NCBI GenBank assembly: GCA_002841905.1
Contig: PHBF01000003.1
Location: forward strand, 1-32,233
Length of the DNA stretch: 32,233 nt
Direction of reading: 5' to 3'
Source: Deltaproteobacteria bacterium HGW-Deltaproteobacteria-17
GTDB lineage: Bacteria; Myxococcota_A; Polyangia; HGW-17
In this document: piece by piece, positions 1 through 8,191 of the stretch
Position numbering within the stretch: the first letter of the stretch is position 1
How the letters are laid out: every line of letters starts with the position of its first letter
Translations under genes and position numbers: made by a program
The notes under the pieces: model-generated
The model's database searches: none
Seen by the model: the letters and a program-made list of their open reading frames with translations, nothing else
Told to the model about the DNA's origin: nothing

Positions 1-177
1 GAGGCCATCATCGCGGCGGCCTGCGCCCAGTTCTCCACCTTCCCGATCGTGCGCATGACCTCGACGATGCTCCCCAAGCTCAACGGCGACCCGGGTCCCT
101 CGGTGCTCACCACCCTGCTGGGCATCACCACCCATGACGGGTTCTGGCGCCTGGACCTGGGATTCCAGAAGCTCTGA
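1..177 (+). CDS. Partial CDS (3' end), hypothetical protein
   Basis: Frame 1 is open from base 1 to TGA at 175-177 (...FPIVRMTSTMLPKLNGDPGPSVLTTLLGITTHDGFWRLDLGFQKL*) with GC-rich third positions. The first 39 nt may be chimeric (see findings). Confidence 0.6.
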   Translation, partial: EAIIAAACAQFSTFPIVRMTSTMLPKLNGDPGPSVLTTLLGITTHDGFWRLDLGFQKL

Positions 178-183
178 TTCAGC

Positions 184-212
184 TTGACAAATATTCATCA
201 TTGAGGTCCATT
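184..212 (+). promoter_or_regulatory. Possible sigma70-type promoter (-35 TTGACA)
   Basis: TTGACA at 184-189 in an AT-rich intergenic stretch upstream of the 295 gene. No good -10 hexamer. Confidence 0.3.
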
Positions 213-294
213 TGACCCTTACCGGAGCATTCACGTGCTTGCAACCACCCGGCCCGGCCGGTGAAAAGAATTGAATCAAAACAAGGAGAACATC

Positions 295-1029
295 ATGGGA
301 TTTTTCGATTTTCTGTTTGGCAAGGCGAAGAACAAGGCTGAAGAGATGGCGCCCCCGCCGCCCCCGCCGCCCCCGGCTGACGAGGTGGAGGAGGAAGAGG
401 AGGAGGTCGAGGAGGACGCATCCGACAACGAGCCTTCCGAGCAGGACTGGTCCAACGTGCAGGCGATGGCCGATGCGGCCCACGCCGAGATGCGCGCCAA
501 GCAGGCCGCCACGCTGGCCGCCAACCCGGCGCTGGTCGCTCCGGTCGACGGTGTGACGGTGGAGAACTGGGCGCAGGCCGCCGCGATGATGGCCTCGACG
601 CCGGACCCCGGGCAGCAGATGCAGAAGCTGGCGGCCCTGGGCATGGACCGGGCCCGCTACGAGAAGGCCAACAACGAGTTCCAGGCCCGCATGCAGGGTG
701 ACCAGACCGCCGTCATCGCGACGATCTTCGGCAACGCCTTCGCAGCAGCCCAGAACGTGAACATGGACGGCCCCGAGCCGATCAGCTTCGAGAAGTACGG
801 CGAGCTCGCCGGCGCCCAGGCCGCGTGGGGCGAGATGGGCATGGACGTCAACCGCAAGCTGCAGGAAGTGTTCGGCATCACCGCCGTGGACGTGTCCAAT
901 TACGGGTCCTACTGGTCCAACCGCTTCATGAAGGACGTCCAGCTCGCGATGAAGCACGGTGACCTCCTGAACCAGTACAAGGCCAAGTTCATGGCCGGCG
1001 GCACCCCGGACGACGACATCGACATCTAG
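295..1029 (+). CDS. DUF6620-like two-repeat helical protein with N-terminal MGFFDFLFG helix and Pro/Glu-rich linker
   Basis: AAGGAG RBS before ATG 295. Two internal repeats (PVDGVTVENWAQAAA..LGMDRARYEKAN..RM..D; PISFEKYGELAG..FGITAVDVSNYGSYW..RF..D) resemble DUF6620 as I recall it. Confidence 0.8.
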   Translation: MGFFDFLFGKAKNKAEEMAPPPPPPPPADEVEEEEEEVEEDASDNEPSEQDWSNVQAMADAAHAEMRAKQAATLAANPALVAPVDGVTVENWAQAAAMMASTPDPGQQMQKLAALGMDRARYEKANNEFQARMQGDQTAVIATIFGNAFAAAQNVNMDGPEPISFEKYGELAGAQAAWGEMGMDVNRKLQEVFGITAVDVSNYGSYWSNRFMKDVQLAMKHGDLLNQYKAKFMAGGTPDDDIDI

Positions 1030-1039
1030 GACCGTCGTC

Positions 1040-1582
1040 GTGGACGCCACCGAGGGCTATCTGAACCAACTGGAAACCTGGATGCGGGAACGCACCGCGG
1101 CGATCGTGGACGCGGGGGCCTCCGTGGAGACCGCCGGCGGGGACAACGACCGCTGGCGCGCGATCCGTGAGGAATATGGCATCCCCCGCACCCCCCAGGC
1201 GGACCGGGAGTTGATCCTGAAGGCCAACGAGCAGCCCCGTGGCGCGCTGGTGGCCGAACTCCAGGTGGCCCTCGAGGCCGTCGCGAGGGAGGTCCTGCGC
1301 AATCTCAGGAAGCTGGATTCCCTCGACGGCTATGACGGAAAGATCGACCGGCTCCGGGCCCAGGCCGAGCGCAACACCGAGGAGGCGCTGCGGAGCTACC
1401 GTCAGAAGGTCTTTCCCAGGCGGGGCATGTTCGCCTTCGCCAAGGAGGCCTCCCAGAGGCCGTCTCCGGTGATGCCCGCGGGTCCGGTGTCGGACGTGAT
1501 CGTCCACACCTGCCGGTTCTGCGGGGCACCGCGCACCAGTTCGGAACTGAAATGCCAGTTCTGCGGGGAGAAATTCGGATGA
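1040..1582 (+). CDS. Hypothetical protein with C-terminal zinc ribbon (CRFC-x10-CQFC)
   Basis: ORF starts 10 nt after the previous stop, has good GC3 bias and two CxxC pairs at the C-terminus. Confidence 0.8.
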   Translation: MDATEGYLNQLETWMRERTAAIVDAGASVETAGGDNDRWRAIREEYGIPRTPQADRELILKANEQPRGALVAELQVALEAVAREVLRNLRKLDSLDGYDGKIDRLRAQAERNTEEALRSYRQKVFPRRGMFAFAKEASQRPSPVMPAGPVSDVIVHTCRFCGAPRTSSELKCQFCGEKFG

Positions 1583-2730
1583 CCATCGACAAGAACCTGC
1601 TCCAGGAAATCGCCCCCCAGCGGGCCCAGGCCTTCATCGCGCTGGTGGACCGCTATGTCACCTTCGAGGGCAAGATCCTCGCCCGCGTCGAGGAGATCCG
1701 CCAGGAGGCGGCGGGGATCCAGGAGTTGATCGACGCCAATCCGCTGGACTCCGGCGCGATCTCGGCGGGTTTCACGTCGATCACGTCGCGCTTCCACCAA
1801 CTGGGCAACAAGGTGGACCAGGCCGTCGAGAAGCTCGACTCGGAGTGGAGCGAGAAGGCCGATGACGACGGACTCAAGGACAAGGAGCACCGCAAATTGT
1901 CGGTGGTCTGGTCCCAGTTGCTCAATGACTCGCGCGCCCTGCGCAACCGGCTGGAGCGCGAGGGCAACACGCTGGAGATTCATGCCGGCGGCTACTGGGC
2001 GCGGGTCCTGTACAACCTGATGCAGACCGAATACGGCCAGCCGACGAACTGCCCGCGTTGCGCCGGGCCCCTCCCGGTGATGCTCCGTTTCCAGAGCGCC
2101 AACGAGACCTGTCCGCACTGCGGTTCGGTCAACGAGATCATGCCGAAGATGGGCACGGCCCTGTACTTCGGCTCAGGGCTGCATTACCTGGCACAGGAGG
2201 CCTCCCTGGCCGAATATGACGCCATGAACGCGGCCCAGGAAAAGTACCAGTGGTTCCGTCACCCGACCCAGGCCGACCACCAGGTCTACCTGCGTGCGGC
2301 CGAGGCCTACTGGACCAAGTATTACAGCACGATCGTGTCCATGCATCCGGCGCCGGTGCGCACCGTGCAGCAGAGCGTGGCCGACAAGATGATCCACTAC
2401 ACCAACAACGTCTGGAACGACAACGCCGACGCCCGGGAACGCCAGGAGAAGGAGCACCTGCTCGCCCTGGCGCACGCGGGCGACGCGGCCGGCTTCATCA
2501 CCGCGGCCAAGGCCCTGCAGATGGACCTCGACGAGGCCCGCATCGCGCTCTACGAGCACGGCATGATGGACTTCCTGGGCGTCCTGCTGGCGGTCAACTA
2601 CGAGCGCAAGCACAAGGTCCCCATCGTGCAGGTCGCCCCCAGCGGCATCTCCTTCGCGCGCAACGCCGACTTCGAGGAGTGGCGGACCAAGAAACTGCGC
2701 GATCTCGAGCACGATCTCGCCACCCGATAA
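1579..2730 (+). CDS. Hypothetical helical protein with central zinc ribbon (CPRC...CPHC)
   Basis: ATGA overlap with the upstream stop and GGAG RBS. Long N-terminal helical/coiled-coil-like region, then CPRC-x15-CPHC. Confidence 0.85.
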   Translation: MTIDKNLLQEIAPQRAQAFIALVDRYVTFEGKILARVEEIRQEAAGIQELIDANPLDSGAISAGFTSITSRFHQLGNKVDQAVEKLDSEWSEKADDDGLKDKEHRKLSVVWSQLLNDSRALRNRLEREGNTLEIHAGGYWARVLYNLMQTEYGQPTNCPRCAGPLPVMLRFQSANETCPHCGSVNEIMPKMGTALYFGSGLHYLAQEASLAEYDAMNAAQEKYQWFRHPTQADHQVYLRAAEAYWTKYYSTIVSMHPAPVRTVQQSVADKMIHYTNNVWNDNADARERQEKEHLLALAHAGDAAGFITAAKALQMDLDEARIALYEHGMMDFLGVLLAVNYERKHKVPIVQVAPSGISFARNADFEEWRTKKLRDLEHDLATR

Positions 2731-2896
2731 GATTGAAGAAGAAGAAGATTAGACAAGTAATTTATTAACCACGACATTCGCCGAAAGAAAAAAGGGGTTG
2801 ACCGGGGTCCGTGTTTGATGGATGCTGGCCTCGACGATTGATAAATTATTTGCAAATTAACCCGGTCCTTCGGGACCCAATCCATTGGAGGAAAAC

Positions 2897-3259
2897 ATGC
2901 GCTCGACCCAACTGTTTACCCGACTCTCTATGCTGGTGCTCCTGTCTGTATTTTCATTTCTCGCCCTTGGTTGTGGCAAGAAGGACGGCGGTGGCCCTGA
3001 CTGCGGCGCGCTGTACGACAAGATGGCCAAGTGCGGCAAGGAACCCGGCACCCTGACCTGCGGCCTGAGCATCAAACCGCCGGCCAAGGAAGAGTGGATC
3101 AAGACCTGCGGTGGCGACGCCGACTCGAAGAAGGCCTGGACCGAAGTCGTCAACCGCTGCATGAAGCGCGACTGCCAGGACTTCTGCACCTGCCTGTCGG
3201 ACACGCTGGCCCGCAGCAACGGCATCAAGGACGCCAAGGAATGGGACGTGATGAAATAG
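2897..3259 (+). CDS. Small Cys-rich lipoprotein
   Basis: GGAGG RBS before ATG 2897, signal peptide ending in lipobox ALGC, and 8 further Cys. Confidence 0.85.
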   Translation: MRSTQLFTRLSMLVLLSVFSFLALGCGKKDGGGPDCGALYDKMAKCGKEPGTLTCGLSIKPPAKEEWIKTCGGDADSKKAWTEVVNRCMKRDCQDFCTCLSDTLARSNGIKDAKEWDVMK

Positions 3260-3290
3260 CCCCGAAATAGCAGATCACACAAAAGCAGCT

Positions 3291-3368
3291 ATCACCACGG
3301 AATACACAGAATTCACAGGAAAGTGGTCAATCCCCCTCTTTTTCTTTTCATTTCTTTTCTGTGGTGAT
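3291..3368. repeat. REP-like imperfect inverted repeat / possible terminator between convergent genes
   Basis: ATCACCACGGAA (3291-3302) pairs with TTCTGTGGTGAT (3357-3368) with one G-U. Internal 9-nt repeats CACGGAATA/CACAGAATT/CACAGGAAA and a pyrimidine tract. Confidence 0.55.
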
Positions 3369-3369
3369 C

Positions 3370-5247
3370 CTACTTCTGCAATCGCAGATAGATCGACAAC
3401 GCGACGACGGCCGCCGAGGTCAGGCCCGGGATGGACAGCACCTCACCCAGGGTGGCGGGCCGCCGAGCCGTGAGTTTCTGCGCCCACTCCACGCGCAGGC
3501 CCGGGACGTCCTCGTAGCGCAGCTGCGGCGGCAGCGGGACGCGGTCGAGCTTGCGCATGCGCTCGATCTCCTGCTGCTGCTGCTGGATGTAGCCCTCGTA
3601 CTTGATGTCGCTCTCGATGGTCTCGGCCAGGGCCGGGTCGCAGTCGAAGGCGGCCACGCCGTGCTCGCCGAAGTCCTGCCAGGAGACCTCGGGACGACGC
3701 AGGAACTCGGCGACGGTCATCGCCCGGTGCGGGCGCGAGATCCCGAGCCTGTCGGCGAACGCGTCGGCCTCGGCCTCGGGCAGCCGCCTTGTCCGCACCG
3801 CGGCCGTTTGGGCGTCACGGGCCCCCTGCATGGCCTCGAACCGGGCCCAGGTCGCAGCTCCGACGAGCCCCAGCCTGCGTCCCACGGGCATCAGGCGGTC
3901 CGCGGCGTTGTCCTCGCGCAGCAGCAGCCGGTGCTCGGCCCGGGAGGTGAACAGCCGATAGGGCTCGTCCACACCGCGGGTGACCAGATCGTCGACCATC
4001 ACGCCCAGATAGGCCTCATGACGTGACACGGTCAGGGGGTCGAGCTCCCGCACGCGCAGCGCGGCGTTGATGCCGGCCAGCAGTCCCTGGGCGGCGGCCT
4101 CCTCGTAGCCCGAGGTGCCGTTGATCTGACCGGCCAGGAAGCAACGGGGCAGCACAAGGCTTTCCAGGGTGTGCGACAGGTCGCGGGGATCGCAGAAGTC
4201 GTACTCGACGGCGTAGCCCGGGCGGGCCAGTTCGACGTGTTCGAGGCCGTCGATCGTGCGCAGGAAGGCCACCTGCACGTCCACGGGCACGGACGTGGAC
4301 ACACCGTTGGGGTAGATCCAGTCGGTGGTCAGCCCTTCGGGTTCCAGAAACACGTGGTGACGCGCCTTGTCGGGAAACTTGACCACCTTGTCCTCGATCG
4401 AGGGGCAGTAGCGGGGGCCGGTGCCCGAGATCTGCCCGTTGAACAACGGAGCAGAGTCGAGCCGCGCGCGGATGGCCCCGTGGGTGGCCTCCGAGGTCCA
4501 GGTCAGGTGGCAGGGCACCTGCGGCAGCGTGGAGCGGCGGCCGAAGATTGAAAACGGGGGGACGCCGTCCTCTCCCGGCTGCGGCGTGCAGCGGGAAAAG
4601 TCGATGCTCTGCCGCAGCAGGCGCGGCGGGGTGCCGGTCTTGAGGCGCCCGAGCCGGAACCCCAGCGCCGAGAGCGCCCCCGAGAGCGCCTGCACGGCCG
4701 GTTCCCCATCGATGCCGCCGGGGCGCACGTGGGAGCCCGTGTGCAGCAGCCCGCGCAGGTAGGTGCCCGAGGTGATCACCACCGCGCCGGCGGTGATCCG
4801 GGCGCCGTCGGCCAGGGTGACGCCGGCGCAGACGGCTCCGCCCGTCTCGGCCGGCTCGGTGACCAGTCCGGCCACCTCGGCGGCGCGCACGGTGAGTCCG
4901 GGCACGGCGGCGAGCAGGTCGATCATGGTTTTCACGTACAGGTGGCGGTCGGACTGCACGCGGGTGGCACGCACCGCCGGTCCGCGCCGCGCGTTGAGGC
5001 GCCGGTACTGGATCGCCGAGGCGTCGGCGACGCGGGCCATGACCCCGCCCAGCGCGTCGATCTCCTTGACCAGGTGGCTCTTCCCGAGCCCGCCCACGGC
5101 GGGGTTGCACGGCATCTCTCCGAGCAGCCCCGGGTTGAGCGTCACCAGCAGCGTGCGGCAGCCCAGCCCGGCGGCGGCCGCGGCCGCCTCGCAGCCGGCG
5201 TGTCCGCCGCCCACGACGATCACGTCGAAATCGCGGGGATCTGCCAT
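3370..5247 (-). CDS. mnmG: tRNA uridine-5-carboxymethylaminomethyl(34) synthesis enzyme MnmG (GidA)
   Basis: DVIVVGGGHAGCEAA FAD motif, MPCNPAVGG, RLKTGTPPR, GPRYCPSIEDK, AGQINGTSGYEEAAAQG. Start ATG at 5247-5245 overlaps the upstream stop. Confidence 0.97.
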   Translation of the reverse strand: MADPRDFDVIVVGGGHAGCEAAAAAAGLGCRTLLVTLNPGLLGEMPCNPAVGGLGKSHLVKEIDALGGVMARVADASAIQYRRLNARRGPAVRATRVQSDRHLYVKTMIDLLAAVPGLTVRAAEVAGLVTEPAETGGAVCAGVTLADGARITAGAVVITSGTYLRGLLHTGSHVRPGGIDGEPAVQALSGALSALGFRLGRLKTGTPPRLLRQSIDFSRCTPQPGEDGVPPFSIFGRRSTLPQVPCHLTWTSEATHGAIRARLDSAPLFNGQISGTGPRYCPSIEDKVVKFPDKARHHVFLEPEGLTTDWIYPNGVSTSVPVDVQVAFLRTIDGLEHVELARPGYAVEYDFCDPRDLSHTLESLVLPRCFLAGQINGTSGYEEAAAQGLLAGINAALRVRELDPLTVSRHEAYLGVMVDDLVTRGVDEPYRLFTSRAEHRLLLREDNAADRLMPVGRRLGLVGAATWARFEAMQGARDAQTAAVRTRRLPEAEADAFADRLGISRPHRAMTVAEFLRRPEVSWQDFGEHGVAAFDCDPALAETIESDIKYEGYIQQQQQEIERMRKLDRVPLPPQLRYEDVPGLRVEWAQKLTARRPATLGEVLSIPGLTSAAVVALSIYLRLQK

Positions 5248-6761
5248 CACGCGTCCACCCTGGCGTCGTGGTCCCCTTCGGCCGGCGCTTCGGGCAGGGC
5301 CGCGCACAGGTCCCCCAGGTCCTCGTCGGCCACGCCATGGGTTGAGACGAGCTCCCTCCATTGCTCCGGCTTCAGTTCACCCGTCTCCAGATCGCCGAAC
5401 ACCCAGAAGGCCCGCAGCTTCCCGAACGGCGCGCGGACGTACACCGGTTCGCCCGGCTCGCACACGACCTCGGCGCCGCGGGCGGCCAGAACCGCCGTGA
5501 TGATGGGTCCGAACATCGCGCCGAGCTGGTTGAGCAGCTCGGGCCGCGGCAGGTCCGGATCGACGTATTCTTCGAGCTTCTCCAGCAGCGGGAACGGATC
5601 GATCACCCACGAAGGCAGGTCGGCCAGGCGGAGTCCGGCGACGTCGGAGGCGTGCTCCCGGGCGGTCCGGTTGTAGCCGGGCAGGTACACCCGCTCCAGC
5701 GCCTCGGTCCACGCGATGTCCCGGAGCGCTTCGACTCCGGCCGCCGGGAACGCCGCGCCGAGCAGGCGTCGCTCCAGTTCGGGGGAAATGCCCAGCCACG
5801 CCGAGGCCGGATCAGGTCGGTTGCGTGGCCCCGAGGACACGAAGGCATGGACGTTGCGGATGCGCTCGGACAGGGGAGGGTGCGTGTCGAGGTCCACGGC
5901 CTCGGTCTGGCGCAGCTCGTCGGCCAGGGCGTCCCGGACGATCTTCTGGATGAACGGGTTGCCGCAGAAGGCGCCGAAGCCGGCGGCCAGGGGCGGCAGG
6001 TAGCCCGAGTCCAGCAGCGGCACCACCTCGGTGTGCCAGAAGTGATCATGTCCGGGCGCCAGGGTGGCGATCTTCTTGAGCCCGGAGACCAGGCTCTCCC
6101 CCCCGGCCAGCCGTGCGGCCAGGGCGTCGGCGTCGAGCTCCTGCTGCCGGGAGATGGCGTTGGTCACCCGCAAAAAGAGCCTGGCGTAGCCGGCGAAGAG
6201 GAAGTCCAGGACGTTGCCCGACAGGTTGTCCAGGGTGCGCGAGAGCGCCTGGCGCGTGTGGTAGATCCACGGGGTGAGCCAGGTGTCCCCGGCGGCGTAG
6301 TGTCCGAACTCGTGGGCCAGCACCGCCCGCATCTCGTTCTGGGTGAGCTGGCTCAGCAGCGGGTAGCCCAGCGCCAGCATGCGACGCGCGTTCCCCAGAC
6401 GCCCGCGCTCGGCCACCCATGCGTTGGCCTCATGGATCAGGTAGACCTCCCGGGGCATGGGCTGCCGCGTCGCCTGGGCAATGGTTTCAATTTCCTTGAA
6501 CAGATCCGGGTGTTCTTCGGGAGCAAGGAGCAGGCCCGGGGCCTCGAAGCGCTCCCGACGGGGGAGGATCGCCGCCACGATGAAGAACACGATCATGGCC
6601 GAGATGATCACTAGGTACGGGTGGACGCGCCCGATGGCGAACTGCATCCACGTCAGCGCGACCATGGCCGCGATGATGCCCAGCGCCAGCGCATAGAAAC
6701 CCAGCCAGAGCCCGAAGGCCGCCAGCGCCCGCCAGGTGAGGGAGGAGTTGCCTTCGCTCAT
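5247..6761 (-). CDS. M48 (HtpX/Ste24-like) membrane zinc metalloprotease with C-terminal extension
   Basis: Two N-terminal TM helices, ANAWV, AVLAHEFGH, SRQQELDAD, THPPLSERI. Confidence 0.9.
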   Translation of the reverse strand: MSEGNSSLTWRALAAFGLWLGFYALALGIIAAMVALTWMQFAIGRVHPYLVIISAMIVFFIVAAILPRRERFEAPGLLLAPEEHPDLFKEIETIAQATRQPMPREVYLIHEANAWVAERGRLGNARRMLALGYPLLSQLTQNEMRAVLAHEFGHYAAGDTWLTPWIYHTRQALSRTLDNLSGNVLDFLFAGYARLFLRVTNAISRQQELDADALAARLAGGESLVSGLKKIATLAPGHDHFWHTEVVPLLDSGYLPPLAAGFGAFCGNPFIQKIVRDALADELRQTEAVDLDTHPPLSERIRNVHAFVSSGPRNRPDPASAWLGISPELERRLLGAAFPAAGVEALRDIAWTEALERVYLPGYNRTAREHASDVAGLRLADLPSWVIDPFPLLEKLEEYVDPDLPRPELLNQLGAMFGPIITAVLAARGAEVVCEPGEPVYVRAPFGKLRAFWVFGDLETGELKPEQWRELVSTHGVADEDLGDLCAALPEAPAEGDHDARVDA

Positions 6762-6770
6762 GGTTCTTGA

Positions 6771-8015
6771 TCAGGGGGTCTGCGGGTAGATCGTCATCTC
6801 GCAGGAGATGGCGTAGTGATCAATACGGCTGTCGCCGAGCTGGTCAAGGTACGGATAGCCCACGTCGAGGCGCTCGGTGGAGGGCATGCCGCCCTCGTCG
6901 TGCACCACGCAGGTACCGGTGATCTCGTTGGTGGTGACGACGTGGTCGATGGCGACGATGCCGACCCAGGCGTTGGCCGAGGTCGTGGAGTACCGTTGAC
7001 CGCCCCCGTCGCGGGGATCCATGTCGGTGAAGGCGCAGGTCGGACAGCCGATGTACTGGTACCACACGTCATCGGCCTCCGAGGACTGCATGAGCGTGCG
7101 GATGTTGTAGACCTCGAGGCCGACGTTCCAGTCCCCCATGATCAGGGCCTGCTCCCCGGGCCGCACCATGGAGACGTCCCCGGCGACGATGCCGTCCTCG
7201 AAGACCTGCCGCAGTTGATCCGCCCGGCAGGGATCGGCGGCGACGAAGGCGGAGACCTGGGCGGTCGGGTGCATGTGCACCAGGCGGAGGTCGCCCGCGG
7301 CGGTGTGCACGAGCACGTCGGACACGGTGGACTCGTCATCGCAGGTGCTGTTGTCGCACTCGCCGGCGGCCCAGTTGCAGCCCGCCATGGGCAGCGCCGG
7401 CGTGTGGGCGCCGAGCTCGACGTAGGCGCCCGGCTCGACGCCGTCGATGGTGCCGAAGGACACCTTCACGCCGATGCACTCGACCTGCTCGCGCTGGTCG
7501 CAAACGATGCTGTACCCGGGCCCGATCAGGCGCACGGCCGGACGCAGCCGGGTGTCCCATTCGTAGCACGTCTTGTTGGGGTCGATCTCGGTGAAGGCCT
7601 CGCAGGTCTTGCCCGAGAGGACCTCCTGCAGCACCACCACGTCGGGGGCCATGCCCTGGATGACGGCGCCCATGTAGTCCTCGTAGCTCTGGCTCCAGAG
7701 GCGCAGCGGGTAGTGGGGGAACTCCGCGTCGCCATGACCGACGTTGGCCGTCAGGGTCGTGAAGGGGATGGGGGTTGGGTCGACGGTGCCGCCGTCGGCG
7801 TCGGCGTCGTCAGCCGCGTCGGTCACATCGGCGTCGGGACCTCCGTCAATAAGATTGTTGACGTTATTGAGCGCATCGGCATCGGACCCGCCGTCCTGGT
7901 TGTTGACATTGTTGACGTTGTTGACGTTGTTGAGTTGGTTGTTCGCGGTCGTCGACGTGTCGTCGCACCCGATCAGGGTGATCATCACCAGAATCAACAT
8001 CCAGACCGTACGCAT
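6771..8015 (-). CDS. Endonuclease/exonuclease/phosphatase (EEP) family lipoprotein
   Basis: GGAGG RBS, lipobox LIGC, low-complexity linker, then EEP motifs TANV, DVVVLQEV, VHMH, MGDWN, IDHV and IDHYAI. Confidence 0.85.
   Translation of the reverse strand: MRTVWMLILVMITLIGCDDTSTTANNQLNNVNNVNNVNNQDGGSDADALNNVNNLIDGGPDADVTDAADDADADGGTVDPTPIPFTTLTANVGHGDAEFPHYPLRLWSQSYEDYMGAVIQGMAPDVVVLQEVLSGKTCEAFTEIDPNKTCYEWDTRLRPAVRLIGPGYSIVCDQREQVECIGVKVSFGTIDGVEPGAYVELGAHTPALPMAGCNWAAGECDNSTCDDESTVSDVLVHTAAGDLRLVHMHPTAQVSAFVAADPCRADQLRQVFEDGIVAGDVSMVRPGEQALIMGDWNVGLEVYNIRTLMQSSEADDVWYQYIGCPTCAFTDMDPRDGGGQRYSTTSANAWVGIVAIDHVVTTNEITGTCVVHDEGGMPSTERLDVGYPYLDQLGDSRIDHYAISCEMTIYPQTP
7848..7943 (-). repeat. Asn-Asn-Val coding repeat (9-nt unit GTTGTTGAC on +)
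   Basis: Encodes NNQLNNVNNVNNVNNQ...LNNVNNL in the lipoprotein linker. Confidence 0.85.
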
Positions 8016-8191
8016 GCTTCTCTCCTCCAGGTTTCCGAAGTCGCCCATGGACATGGACGGGCTCGAGGTGCTATTTCCATAGTTGTTTTTCCCGAATAGT
8101 CAAATGATTTTTCATATTTCCCGGACGCCGGGGGTGTGTGGTATGACGTCGTAGTCGGCGCCGGACCGGGCGCCCGGAGGGTTTTTCCAGG

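Larger units (their letters stand above)
1..596. repeat. 39-bp perfect inverted repeat (1-39 vs 558-596)
   Basis: GAGGCCATCATCGCGGCGGCCTGCGCCCAGTTCTCCACC (1-39) is the exact reverse complement of 558-596. The match ends at 40/557. Confidence 0.95.

Noticed and set aside
2733-2750. (GAA)n run after gene 3
   Set aside because: Only about four units in intergenic DNA, too short to support phase variation.
5248-5361. ORF-track upstream extensions of mnmG, GH43 (14254), GH13 (24465) and gene 3 (1552)
   Set aside because: They overlap neighbouring genes. Downstream ATGs with an RBS, stop-start coupling or a signal peptide fit better.
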